Part shown: in pieces, positions 24,147-36,963 of the stretch | Layout of the letters: every line of letters begins with the position of its first letter | How positions within the stretch are numbered: position 1 is the stretch's first letter | Assembly: GCA_017499595.2 (NCBI GenBank) | Contig: CM039001.1 | Span: forward strand, 3,472,001 to 3,536,000 | Direction: 5' to 3' | Source of the DNA: Psilocybe cubensis | Taxonomy: Eukaryota | DNA length: 64,000 nt | Notes under the pieces: generated by a model | Seen by the model: only the letters and a program-made list of their open reading frames with translations | Databases searched by the model: none | Told to the model about the DNA's origin: nothing | Program-made: the position numbers and the translations under genes

Positions 24147-24956
24147 ATGGATTCGATGAATATAAGTTCTCCACCGAAGTCTTCTGGTACGTGAATCTTC
24201 TAGCTCTTATTTTTCTACTTACTGACATCCGATTTATAGAACCGATGCCCGTTGACGCCATCGTAGACGGAGAAAATGGAGTCGAGTTTGGTGAGTTTGT
24301 AGTCTTTCTGCGGTTGTTCGTTTGTCGAAGGGTTTTGATTTAATTCATTCTAGGTTCAATTCGTTTGTCCGAGGGCGACGACGGTATTCAGACTGAGCAG
24401 GGAGTCGATATTGGTGAGTTTGGGTTTCTCTCTGGTTGTTCGTTTGTCGAGCGCCTCCGTTTCACGTTCTAGGTCTGCTTAATGGTTCCCAGGCCGATGG
24501 CGGTAGACAGACTGGGCAGGGAGTAGACTTTGGTGAGTTTGGGATTTTCTGTGGTCATTCGCTTGTCTAACGCTTCCTTTTCACCACATTTTAGGTTTGT
24601 TTAGTGGGTCGCAGGGCGATGGCGGTAGAGAGGGTGCACCAAACGACCCTACTTTAGGTGAGTCACTCTTTACATTTTATTCTGCGTATCTTACACACCG
24701 TGAAGCCTATCAGCGTAACCAAGCCCTCTTAGCGATGGCCCAACGCATCTACGCTGAAAACGAAGCCATTGCATGTCCTATCCGCGCATCGTCGAATTCC
24801 GATGGAAACGATAACATTGCAGACCATCTTCGCTCTTACCAATGTGTTGCTATCGATGCGGCCGCGCTTGCGAGGGCTGGAGGCTTGAAGGGCATTATGG
24901 AATTAAACGACGAGACTGCGATACAAGTCATGAGGGATATTGAGATTACCTTTTAG
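24147..24956 (+). CDS. Hypothetical protein built from tandemly duplicated ~60-nt exons
   Basis: ATG 24147; repeated exon-intron units ending TTG|GTGAGTTTG; last exon AYQRNQALLAMAQRIY..MRDIEITF*. Confidence 0.6.
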
Positions 24957-25201
24957 TGTTTCTTGCACTGGATTGTAGTGCTTGGCTTGGCAAATTACAT
25001 TTTCTTACTTGGGATATGTATTATAAGTGATCATCAAAAAGGTAACATTTTTAGATTGATGTTCTCAAATTAGTGTTAGTGTACAATGGGTGGAGAAAGC
25101 CGAGTGATTGATTGCCTTGGGCTGTTCGCTCGATTCCGTTCATTGCATTGTTGGACGCGTTCAGTCGTGTTGCTGTGGTTGACAATCGAAATATAATGTT
25201 T

Positions 25202-25530
25202 GAGACTTCTACTTATAGAGCCATGCAGAACCTTGTAGAAGTTTGGTAGAAGTGAGTATCCTTAGCCTCACGCTCAAGCCATTACTTTGTTTCTCACAAT
25301 GACAGGTACTGTGGTCTATCCGGCTGTCCGAGACTTATCCTTACAGAGCCATGCAGAACCTTGTAGAAGTGAGTATCCTTAGCCTCACGCTCAAGCCATT
25401 ACTTCGTTTTTTACACTGACAGGCACTGTGGTCTATCCAGCTGTTTGAGACCTCTACTTACAGCACCACGCATAATTTTAATGTAGTGAGTATCTTTAAC
25501 CTCGTCCTCAAGCCATTACATTGTTTTTGT
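25202..25530 (+). repeat. Three ~117-128-bp tandem units, each resembling an exon plus intron
   Basis: GAGAC..AGAGCCATGCAGAACCTTGTAGAA|GTGAGTATCCTTAGCCTCACGCTCAAGCCATTAC..TGACAG repeated; third copy more diverged. Confidence 0.85.
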
Positions 25531-26115
25531 AATGAAAAACACCGTAACCGCGGATTAAATTGGCACTGTGAGTTCAACGAATTTTGTACCCACTTTTATA
25601 AACAATGCAAGTATGCATCGTCGTTTTCGAGCTATGTGAAATGTCACCTGACCGCGTCGACGTGAACAGTGACAGATATGTAATCAGGAGTCCGTCATCG
25701 TGACATTTTTTCTTATCATCTCATTTCATCATCTTCATTTTGCTCCCAAATACCGTCTTACTGGATCACGACGCCTACACTTTGCCTTTGTCTTGGTGTT
25801 CTGTGTTGTTCGTGCTCTCTCGCGATTCGCGAATCACAGGTGAGGCCTAGCTTCTCCCGGCCCCAATCTTCTTTCATCTGGATCCGAAGACTTTTGGTGC
25901 TGCAGGAATGTTCGGGCACGGACATACACTGCAGCGCCGTTTGTGCCTTTGCCAGAGATTTTTCCCCCTCCCCGTCCTCCCCATTTACCGACTACATCCA
26001 CACTCAAAGCGTTTATTTAGTATATTGATTTTTCTTGAAATGTGGGGTCTCGTCGTCCTCGATGCGTCGTTCAACCTGGTGTCCAGCCTCATTCAAGCAC
26101 TCACGTGGGAGGACA

Positions 26116-27650
26116 TGAGCGAGAATGTTTCGCCACCACCCAGTCCTAAACTGTGTGCTGCTGTACACATCACAAACCCCATTGTGTCCTCCCCATCGAC
26201 CTTACCCGCACTCGAATCTTTCCCAACCACCCCTCACTTTGTTCTTGGTCCACCATCTGCTACTCTTGATCCCTCATCCAGTACCCTTGATCTGCTGTCC
26301 TCGGTTGATGCCGCCAGTTCCAACACCATATCCAGTGCCCAGAAAAGGAAACTCAAACGTAATATGTCCGCCAAGAACGCGCGATCGAAACGGCGCGAAA
26401 AGGCTGCTGAAGCTTTGTCGTACCGTGTACACGCCTTTAGGGCATCGCAGAAAGCTACATCCCAGAAGACCCCCGTTTCGACGTCGACCTCGGTACACTG
26501 CGAAATCAACGTCCACGATCTTCCTGTCACGAGCACCGCTTTTACCGCCTTGGATCCGCCGCCCAATACACGCAAGCGGAGACGGGCGGTTCTGAAATCG
26601 CGTACTCGCCGCAAGCCGCAGCCGGTCTTTACCCTGGCTGACCTTGTAGGCCCTGATTCCAAGTTTCGGTTCAAGCTAGTGAAAGCATCCAGGTCATATT
26701 GTGTCTGCTTCTTGTTTATTAATTTTGACATTATGGTTGTTAGCACACCAACTGCTATCGTTGACTCTGACGACCGCATCATCGGCGTCGTCGCCAACCA
26801 CCCAGATGACAAGGATTGGGCCCAACTAATGCAGGAGGCCGCTGATGCTCTCGAGTCACATCGAGATAGTGTTTCCCAGAACGACCTCATTCATCGACGT
26901 GGCGCTTTCAAAGCTCTTCGGTGTGGAGTTTCGTACGGTGGCGGTCAGGAAGTGCCAGGAAATTTGGTTGATGGAGACAACGCCGACATCTTAAAGGCAT
27001 TGAACAGTATGAAGGCGTTCAAACGTCTCGCGAGCTTTGCTTCCTGTATGTATTCCCGCTTGTTCGAAACTAAATTCTTCTCATCTTCTATTCGTCTAGC
27101 TGTTATGTGTACCTGGGCCTCGTCGCTCTTCAACTACTATGCCACGATGCTCGACGGTCTCCACAACGAACACCGTCATCTTGTGCGAATTTTCCGCGAC
27201 AGCATCTTCAGTGCCGTTTCCTACAACTTCGGTCCAAGGACTGTTTGCTACAAACACAAGGATTATGCCAATCTGGCCTTCGGATTTTGCGCCATCACGG
27301 CGCTGGGCACATTTGATTATACAAAGGGCGGTCATCTTGTTCTGTGGGATCTCCAATTAGTCATTGAATTCCCTGCCGGCTGTACCATCCTTATTCCTTC
27401 GGCTCTCATCGCCCATTCCAACATTCCTGTGGCTGAACACGAACGTCGATATTCATTCGCCCAATACACTGCTGGTGGACTATTTCGGTGGGTTTCACAC
27501 GGATTCAAGACGCGGGAAGATTACCTCGCGACACTTTCCTGCGAAGAACTCGCAGCGCACAAGGAGAACGACAGCAAAAGATGGGAATTTGGACTGTCAA
27601 TGTTCTCCAAGTGGCAGGACATGAAAGGACCCCGTCATTCGGAACATTAA
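26116..27650 (+). CDS. TET/JBP-family 2OG-Fe(II) dioxygenase (CcTET-like)
   Basis: HRRGAF, GVSYGGGQ..PGN, NFGPRTVCYKHKDYAN (HxD), GGHLVLWDLQLVIEFPAG, HSN, RYSF.QYTAGGLFRW; probable introns 26693-26743 and 27046-27099; start at MSENV inferred. Confidence 0.9.
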
Positions 27651-28009
27651 CTACATGTATATATTATTTCTTGTACCCATTTCCTTGTGTGTCCAAAAAA
27701 AACAGCGTTTTTGTATCTTGTTCTATTTCGGGTGCTGATTTCGGGCAAGGCCAGCTAAGCTTTAAACGAAGCTGTAACACTCAAATCTGCAGCTATATAT
27801 TGATTAAGCATATGTACAGATAAGATTCAGAATATGATCATCGTCTATATACAGTATGCTACGTGGTCTCGTGGAAAATTTTAATCGGGGCGCGCGTCTG
27901 GTATTTGTCCGACACGCGTCCCCAGATTTTGGCTACACCGCTTGCCTGAAACCCAGCGTGAATCGTCAAAGAGCAATTGGTTTTTCTTAATAAGAATGTC
28001 CGGTCCATA

Positions 28010-29650
28010 CTACAAATGCAATTTCCAGCGCCCTCCGTCAATTGACCATATTCTGGGTTTGCTATCTATTATTGCCCCTGATTTAAATAAACGCAGGTTT
28101 TTACAGCATTGAGATTGGAGATGTTCAAGCGTCGCTTTCTCGGTAAGCTGAAGGTTACCAGGAAGCCGATCCACGCAATGGGATATGGTAAGGGACATCA
28201 GGTCCGGAAACCAGCGAAGCCATTTTTGAAGGTATAGCTATCGTACATGGCTGAGTAAATCGTTATATTCAAAAAAACATAAACGTACATGGAGATCTGA
28301 AGTAACAGCATAAACATATATGCGTAAGTCCTGAATGTTGACCGCCAGATCTTCGCTTACACCAGCAAAACAGGTGCATGTTTTCTGGGATAACATGGTT
28401 GTATGTTCCGAGAGAAACGCTGGAAAGTCAAGTACATGGGAGTAAGGGGGAGCGGGGGTTCCCTTATAGCGATTTATTGGCACAATAAGTGACCTGATAG
28501 CAGTACAAATTGCACCACTAGACGAGGGGATAATGGTACTCAAGGGGTGCACTTCGATGGAAGCTAATGAAGATACGTCAGTCATTGACCAGTTAGAGTA
28601 GTTTGCAGAGAACACGGCTGTAGTGAGAGGGGGGAGCTCAAGGACGGGGCGTTCACTGTATGGAACGGGGTTTGTTGTCAAAATATCCACTTCGTTCAGG
28701 AGGGAAATATGTCGCACGCGTGGATGTCGTGAGGAGAAATGAGGTGGGAGTATAATCGAGTGAACGTCGTTAACTGACACTGTCAACGTCTTCATGAAGG
28801 GAAGATGAAGATCCTGCAACGCATCATGGATCATTGAGTTGGTAGGAGAGGTCAACTTGAGCTCAACGATGGAGGTGGATCCCTTGAGTAAAAATGGAAC
28901 AAGTTTCTGCATTGCATATGGTTGGAATAAGGACAGATCCAAGTCAAGTGATAGAAACTGGTTCATTGAGTCTTTCGCCTTAGACTCGATAAGACGGTGC
29001 CGACGATGAAAGGAGTTGAGTTTCGAAACCCGTTTGCCCGACTTGCCAGATGGAGAAAGAAGTCCTCTCCTCGCGCACCGGTTTGATCTGGCGGCATATT
29101 GGGAGGACTTGCTACGAGAGCCATTCTTCTGGGCCTCCACATTAAGCGACGTGCAACTTGTTCCCAACGATGCAAGAAGGGTAACAAAGACGGAGGGTAA
29201 CCGCTCGGAAGTGCTGAGAGTCGGAAGGTCGTGACAATTAAAATAGAGGGAAAGGCTGAAAACATTGATGCGAGATTCCAAAAAATGACATATAAGGTCC
29301 AAAAAGTCAAGGAGCGAGACGACGTCCATGTCAATGCTCGCATGAGTAGCTTGCGAGAAATGATTTTCAGGAATCGCTGACAGTAGGATATAGATGGCTA
29401 GAGGAATGACGCTATCCAGGATTTTAATTCGGACGCGAGATTGGCTGGTGTGGGTGACAACCTTGTGGCGAAGCAGATACATATCAATACATCTAAAGCG
29501 GAGGCCTTTGCATGTGCGTGCCATTGACAAAATGTCGTCAGACTCAAGATATTCGTCCATCAATAGGTGTTGTATATCGTGAGGAAGGGACAGAAACTTG
29601 AAAGATGATATGACTTTACGCCTCTGAAATTTGGGTTCGGTTGAGCTCAT
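28010..29650 (-). CDS. F-box protein with LRR-like C-terminal region (paralog 1); upstream exons possible
   Basis: FLSLPHDIQHLLMDEYLESDDILSMARTCKGLR; last exon LYLQKWLRWFPDL..SQCCKNL. Confidence 0.8.
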
Positions 29651-30417
29651 GTCAAAGACATAGAATTATCTTTATCAAACATACCTTCACCAACAAAAAC
29701 GGCACTATTGACTCATGATCAGGTCCTTCAGAAGTACACTGTGATGTTGTCAAGAACGAATATGGTAGTTGATTGGTGATAGCTTACTAAGTTGTGCTTG
29801 CGTTTTCGGGAATTCGACGTAACCTTGAAGTAGCGCTTGAGAGGAGCAGATGGATTCATTGCAACGGTCTGAATTTTGATTTTTGAGTTTCAAGACGAGT
29901 ATTCTCAGTCTTATAACGGCTTCAAGACAATAAAATACCAAGGAATAAGACAATAATTTCTTTACTTCGAGCAACGAATGCCGCCGCCGTACTCCTTGTA
30001 TCAAAACGTCATGGGCTCCGAGGATACCGGGTACTGTAAATTCAGCTATCATATCATTGCCATTGTTCGTTTTGTCTGTTTCTTAAGCAAGGGTCGAAAA
30101 CAACACGACAGCACACAAAAAGGATGTGGTAAACTAGGAAACTCACCCTATTGTGTAGCCAGCGGTGCCAGGGAGAGGATGACAGCTGTCCGAGTGTAAC
30201 ATTTTCAGTTGGTTTTTCTTTATTTTATTCCATGGATACTTTGAGACTAAGAGTCGGTTTGCAAGCGCTTCTCGTGCCGGAATGAGTTCAGTTGTCAAAT
30301 TTCAAGAATGATGCATTATCCAGTATTATTGAATTGGGGGGATGAGCAGAACAGATTAGGTTATTGGATGTGATAATGACGCTTTCGTGGTTGTTCTCTT
30401 TATTGTACTACATATAA

Positions 30418-31231
30418 TTATCTGGCCGCTACTCTGAGATAACCTACAGTTCCTAACAGTAACTGAATCAAGCACGGGTCGATGCACCCATTACTGGGCA
30501 CCGCAATTGGTTTGTGGCTCCTTGGATGTACTATCTTCGAATTTTAAAGGAGGTTCAATCAATCCGAGTTTAATTAGGATCTGTGTGTAAGTCTCACCTG
30601 AGCTGTATTGGACCCCAACATGGCTTTCAAGTCGCCAATCACGATCCCAACTGCGTGGTGATACGTTATCTCCATCTCGTCGAGATATTCTGTGCAGTAG
30701 TCGCGTGCGTTGTTGTAGAGTCTAACTTTGACGCAAGCTCGGCTGTTTGCATTGGTTGGTGCGTCGGGCAGCAGCTGAATCTCACTGTCTACCTCCATGT
30801 CAAACTCTTCGGCTTCAGGTTCATCCTTCTGAAAAGATATGGAGTGCAGTGTGTTAGATAGTCGTTACTTAGAAACTGGGTGTACAGGGCATGCCAATCA
30901 TACCAGCCGAGTCAGGTGCGTTAATATGCTGTCAATGTAGTCCTGTTTGATGTGGGTTGGTCGATGAACACCGCCGCTCTTTTCAACGTGAAGACCAAAC
31001 ATAGCACATATACGCTTGAGCGCCCCCACTTTTACACCTCGAAGACTCCCTAGACTGTGATCGAAGTTGTCACCAATTTCTTCGCAGAGCGCCTATAAAA
31101 AAACCGACATTTTAATACTGTAATTAATTGATGTATGACACCGCTATTGCAAATACCTTTCTGAAAACTTCATTTTCATTCTTCGATCGTTTTATGCCAT
31201 CTATTTGGACTTCGTGATGTTTGCGTTTCAT
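30418..31231 (-). CDS. Hypothetical nuclear protein with a SAP-like motif (4 exons)
   Basis: Spliced MKRKHHEV..|ALCEEIG..LRGVKVGALKRICAMFGLHVEKSG..IKQDYIDSIL..|..|..VAAR*. Confidence 0.55.
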
Positions 31232-32095
31232 GGCTTCTCCCGGTCAGAGATAGATACAGGTTTGATGGACTTTGATGGACGAACAATCAGCTGGGGAACC
31301 GGCCTTTTGCTGAACGGTTTTGAGCTCCGCTGTTTCCTCAGAAAATCCTCGTCCGGATTCGGGCCTTTGATTGATCATGAGTAGTATGTAACAACACTAA
31401 ACTATTAAAGATCTCTTACGTAATTTACGGTTAACAGACAAGCTTGCTGAAGAATCAGCAGTTTCCTAGCCGGAGGGTCCAATTCCTGAGGTGAGATCTG
31501 GGACGCGAGCCGGCTAACTGCCAGGCGCGCGCCCCGAAATGAAATTACGCGGGGAGGGTTTAAAAAGAAGGCGGTTTGCTATGATACTGTTGAGGCAATG
31601 CTGAGGTAGAACCTAGACTCGTTGCACTTCATGATTATACGACTTTCACATAGTCTTGGCTTGGCACAGGAAGAACACCTCCCTGTGGCTCCCTATTTTC
31701 ACTCTTTGTTCTATATCCGGTATTGGACCCTACCCCCATTCCACTCTAAGTTATTATATTAGTTATGCTTTGATCCCCATTCGTGCTTAAGGCTCAAAAT
31801 ACAATACGATCAACCCACACAGTTGCGTGACTTCCATTGGCTCCACTGCTACGGTCCCGGGTCACCTTTAAAAAATCATTTTGACAACGAAACACCCGGT
31901 CTGGCTCTCATATGTTACAGTTATGAATTGTAGATCCTGATCAGGGCTTATTTTGTAGCACTGTCCTTCTTTACGTCCGATAGAAACTACGGCCAGTCAC
32001 GCGATTCTTTTCACAATGGACAAGCGGGGAAGCCACTTCGCAGGGTTTCAAACACTTTAAAGCAGAGCAACCAAAACAATTGTCTGGACTTCAAG

Positions 32096-32686
32096 ATGAT
32101 GCCTATCACATATGGACTTAACACTGTCTTTCCCATGCCTTCGCGCACACCGGCGCCCATATTCTGTACACTGGTGGTGGGCGACTTAACCAGCAACCAA
32201 TCCGATTGTCCTGCGGTGGACTCCCATAATGTGGCATATTGGCAGCAGGCGTCAATCCATAGTTTGATACCTAGGCCTAAGGGTCAGGCCGGGTCTCCAA
32301 GTAGGGGCGGATATAACCTACAAGAAGTGCTTGGATGGCCTCCCTCTCTATACAAAGAGGTCCAAGTAAGGACGAATTTTGTTTTGTCTGTTTAAGCATT
32401 TCTCACTTCTCCCAACCTTGAAGGTTTTTATTCAGGATCAGGCAAGATCATGCCTTCTGAATGACTCTTTGCGACGAGGTAGAACGATCACGCAACAGCC
32501 ATCCGATGTTGTCAAGCACATTTTGGATGAGGTACGTGATCTACGTGATGAATACCGTAGGTTTACAACTAAAATGCTACACAGGCATGTAATAAATTCC
32601 AACATCTGGCCAGATATGAGCACAATTGGCCTTGTTTGGATATGCTAAAGACATTTCTTTCCAATGCGTCGACGGGAAAAAGATAA
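32096..32686 (+). CDS. Small hypothetical helical protein, 'IPxP..LxW..YExxW' family (paralog 1)
   Basis: LIPRPKGQAGSPSRGGYNLQEVLGW..YKEVQ|VFIQDQARSCL..ITQQ..ILDE|ACNKFQHLARYEHNWPCLDMLKTFLSN. Confidence 0.7.
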
Positions 32687-33144
32687 TAAGAGCAACGTCT
32701 TAACTTAAATAGGAATGGTCAAAAGAATAACAAAATCCAAGTCTACAGTATAGGGTTGATGGAAACCGGTGACCCTAAGCTGAGCACCAGAAGCCAATTG
32801 GTGGAAATTGCATATTTGAATTAGACCGCAAATGAGCATAAGCCTACTCGGAGCCGTATCTACTAGGCTATTACTATTAGTGAAGCTGTAAATGTTGTTA
32901 TAGCGGGGCTGCCAAGACAAGTTATTGACACAGGCTCCACCCACGAACAACGCCTATTGATTGTTAGGCGCCCTGGGTGGGAAAGATGATTAAGTCCCCA
33001 TCATATCTGTCATATTTGACAGCGATGACATACAGGATCAACGACGGTCTTTAATTGTTCAGGCTTGTATAAAATTCCGGTAAGGTTCACATTGGAAACA
33101 TACCACACATCATTTCTCTACAGTTGGTTGATCTTCCTTTCCCA

Positions 33145-34511
33145 ATGAAACGACCGCAATCATCAACCGCCATTGCTAATCATGTAGCTTAATGATGCTT
33201 TAGGTGCTTCTGGCGTTGGTGTTGACTTCATTTTTCTGGCAGGCACTTGGACTCAAACTTCAACATGTCTACCACGCAGAAGGCTCCGGAGACTTCACTG
33301 AGATTAAGTTACAGCCAGCAGGGCGCTTGGTGGCAGTTTGTGGTCCGTACCCATACCTCTTTATCTATGATATAACCTAACCAAGTAAACGCTTGAAGAT
33401 AACGACGGTGGATTGTTTATCTACAACATTTCTGACGTCAATCTTACCGACCTTGCCGCTATGCGACCAAACTTGAAGTGCGAGGCTGTATCATCTTTTC
33501 TTTGGATAAACGATAATGTCATTGCTGTGGGAGGCACTGGTGGAGGGATATTCTTGCTTAAATTAGAGGACAATCTGGTAATTTATCGAGCTGTCTTTCC
33601 AGTGTTGGTCCTTAACTTGCCGGTTTTTATTAGCAATTTTTGACAGAGATTTGCCACACACATGCCGACAAATACGGAGTGTGCACACGCCCCATTATTT
33701 CCATGGACTACTGCCCGCAAACAAGAAAATTGACCGCCTTCAACGGGGTTTGGGTTCGGTCGTGGGTCATTACTCGATCGGTCATATATGGTCTGTCCTG
33801 CATAGTATCACACTGTTCAGTATATCTGATCTTGACATAGGCACAACACGATTAATCCCCTCTTCGACATACCATGGGATTTCTGTCGCAAATTTTCGCA
33901 TCAATCAAAAACTCTGTACGTTGGAGGGCGGCAAATACATTCTATGCCCCTCCTACGCCAAAGAAAATATGGTCGATATTTATAACAGCGTGAATTGCAA
34001 GATGGTTGGGGCGCTCGCAGTTCCAGGTATTTGGCACAATATTCTATGCAACGTGCTTCTCATTGATGGCATGAGATTCAGACTTTGACCGCGGCGTAGT
34101 TAGGGCTGTACATGTCTGTAAAATCAGTTCATTCTTGTCAGCGTGTTTTGACATCATCTTTTTAGTCAACAACTAATGGTTTGGGAGATAAATATGTTGC
34201 CTGTATCTTCCAAAATTATGATGAGGCAGCAACCATCTGTGTTTGGACGGTATGTACATTTGTACATTGTTCAATTTGTGTATCATGGTGTAATGTTTCA
34301 TAAGGACAAGGAATACCGGCCATGACAGGGCCATGGATATAAAGCATTAAATACTTTTATAGTGCTGTTCATCATCCTTCACGCGGCAGTGCTGACGGGC
34401 ACCCGGGATACCCTACATACTGGGCTCCCTTCTTTATGCCACCAACTTCTCCCGGCTGATGCCATAATATCTGAGTCCAATATCGATAGAACTTGTGCTA
34501 TGTCTAGTTAG
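33145..34511 (+). CDS. Divergent WD40-like protein with C-terminal hydrophobic helix (copy A); probable premature TGA at 34323
   Basis: Exons EIKLQPAGRLVAV, GGLFIYNI, FLWINDNVIAVGGTGGGIFLL, IISMDYCPQTRKL; tail LNTFIVLFIILHAAVL. Confidence 0.6.
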
Positions 34512-35736
34512 GCGTAATTAGGATCCTGAGCTACTATACGCTATACAGTACGCTCATAAAGGTGTTGCATAGTATAGTCCTCTTTTCAATGTCATTCTCT
34601 GTAGTGTTTCATCCTCTAGCTATCTTGTGACAACCCCACCAAGACTTGAAGCTTCCTAGACCGAGGAGTTTGCAAAAAGCAAAATCGCCCTGATACGTAC
34701 TGCAACACTCCGCATTTTACATCCTGAGGTACATGGCGGGGTCATTATTTACATGTTTTTTTTTTTAGATTGGAGACCATCGCCGTGGTATGAAGGACGC
34801 ACGCACCTCGCGATAGCTTTCCTGGATTCTCGCTTCACAACTGTGGTGCGGCATTATAGACGCACTTAGATTGCACGGGAACCTTTGCTGCTCCATCTCC
34901 GTGAGTTGGCCATTAGAGAAACTAACTTTTTGACAAGAATTACATTTCAAATAAGTATTTACACACTACTCCACAGTACGGCCACTGTGCAGTCACTCAG
35001 GTGACTACACTATGTTTTTTCACACTTCGACATGCACAGTGTATCCCAGTCACTGGCATGCAACGGGGCTCTCACTGTTGGGTAGTTATCTGGTCGATGC
35101 CAATGCCTTTCTCCCCGATGGGCTGCAACACATAGCACAGTGGCGGCAGCTTGCGCCTGGGTCATCCCGGGTTTCGGTTGATCACTTACTTCGGCCTGGT
35201 GTTCAAATTTTTGTCGTTGAGGGCTAAGATATTTACTTATGTACTCCGAACCTGTAAAACCTTTGTAAAAACTACCCAAGATGAGGATGATGTGCCTATG
35301 GGCTTTTTGTAGTCAACACGCTCTGACTGTCCAAATGTTCCAGAATAGATGCTGAAGTAACTCACGTCATAGACAAGATATCCAAACCAACAAATAAACG
35401 TACTACGAACCTAATAACACTAAGATGTCCATCTTCTAGTCGATTACACATCACTAACGGGTACCAATGGGGCCTTGACACCGGGTGTATGCATCCATCG
35501 CGGAGGCGTAAATCACATACGATATATTTCCAGTGCTTCTTCTTCCCGGAAGTGATGGTTCTCATCTTCGTTCAAAGGAAATTATCAGGGCCAAGGAGAT
35601 ATTGTCAGCGCAGAGATGTCGGGCCACGGTATGAATACAACACTGTCGGAGGGTACCAATGGGAGGAAGGGATCAGGCCGTAGGTTTCCCACCTCCCATC
35701 ACCCACATCCTTCTCGTCGGAGAAAACAACAGCATA

Positions 35737-35905
35737 TACAACGGCACCAAGTTCGATGTTCGCTTCGCCCTCAACCCTCTGCCTCGCCGCAGGATGCACC
35801 AGGCAGTGGTGAATAAAGTCAATGCGAAGAGGTTGGTATTCCCGGAACCAGCACACATCCAGGGTGTAACAAGGGTGTCTGCGAAAAAGATGGCGGACAT
35901 ATTAG
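35737..35905 (+). pseudogene. Fragment of a MOV10/SDE3-like SF1 RNA helicase
   Basis: YNGTKFDVRFALNPLPRRRMHQAV...RLVFPEP resembles the region upstream of Walker A (V.F..NR.P.R..H.AL..LFP); no helicase core follows. Confidence 0.65.
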
Positions 35906-36129
35906 GATGCTCACCACGGTCAGCTTCAGAGAATGCGATGGACGAATAGCGCACCGCGTCCGTATCCTTCATACACGAGTGGTGCGGCTGTTCATCACCA
36001 CGAACAGACCGTGTTAGCGAAGATGGATGAGGGGGTTGCGGCTCAGTAGACCGTTCACAATCGCCATGGCCTGGCATTGTATTGCCATCGTCACGGAAGG
36101 AGAGAGATCAGTAAACCAAATGACGTGAA

Positions 36130-36445
36130 GGGGTTGGGTGCCTTAGGCAAAGGCTCAGATGTTCAAGACAGGTCGCAGTGTATGTCCGTGCCCGAACATT
36201 CCTACGCCCCCGTCTGAACATCCACAAAAGGGGATGCAGAGGACCAATGTTCAAAATCGGTTGCAGTGTATGTCCGTGCACGAACATTCCTGCGCCCGAG
36301 ATCTACAAAAGAAAAGGGGGGATGAAGACAGTAGGCGAAGACTTACTAGGAATTGAAGCGATCCTCCGCAAGATAAGATTGCAGCAACTTGAACCGAGGC
36401 TGCAAAAAAAGTGACGGACAATCACATTGACGACACTGGTGAGAA
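36130..36445. repeat. Dispersed repeat, copy 1 (internally duplicated); copy 2 at 59070-59297
   Basis: GATGTTCAAGACAGG.CGCAGTGTATGTCCGTGCCCGAACATTCCTACGCCC..GAAGACAGTAGGCGAAGACTTAC..GATAAGATTGCA..GGTGAGAA shared by both copies. Confidence 0.85.
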
Positions 36446-36598
36446 TGTTTGTTTGTTTGTTTGTTTGTTTACGAGATTGCCAAGATAGCCCTCAACAAGA
36501 AAGTAATCGAACGCATTGCATATTGTGCTGTCGAGCCCTCTTTTGAAAACCAAGGGAGGAGCTTACCGTGGTCTAGGTTATGAACGGAAGAGTAGGAG

Positions 36599-36963
36599 AA
36601 TGCGGGCGTGAATGGAGTGGAAAGAGATGTGTGGAAGTGAGTGGGACATGCAGCCAAAACAAAAAAAAAGTCTGATGTTATCTACCCGGTGTCATTGCAG
36701 TGAAACGTACCGTGAGCTTCTCGAACACCCACTGCCCTTTTCCATGATCACACGTGTCGGCGGGAATGAACGTGAGGCATAATGCGGGTGTGAATGGGGT
36801 GGAAAGAGATGTGTGGAAGTGAGTGGGACATGAAGCCGAAACAAAAAAAAAAGTCTGATGTTATCTGCCCGGTGTCATTGCAGTGAAGCGTACCGTGAGC
36901 TTCTCAAACACCCACTGCCCTTTTCCATGATCACAGGTGTCGGCGGGAATGAACGTGAGGCAT
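36599..36963 (+). repeat. ~182-bp tandem direct duplication
   Basis: AATGCGGG..GAACGTGAGGCAT at 36599-36780 and 36781-36963 with few substitutions. Confidence 0.92.

Noticed and set aside
24280-25530. CRISPR-like array
   Set aside because: Eukaryotic context; the units are exon-intron duplications without unique spacers
36599-36963. Direct repeats as LTRs of a mini-element
   Set aside because: Copies abut with no internal region, TG..CA ends or TSD
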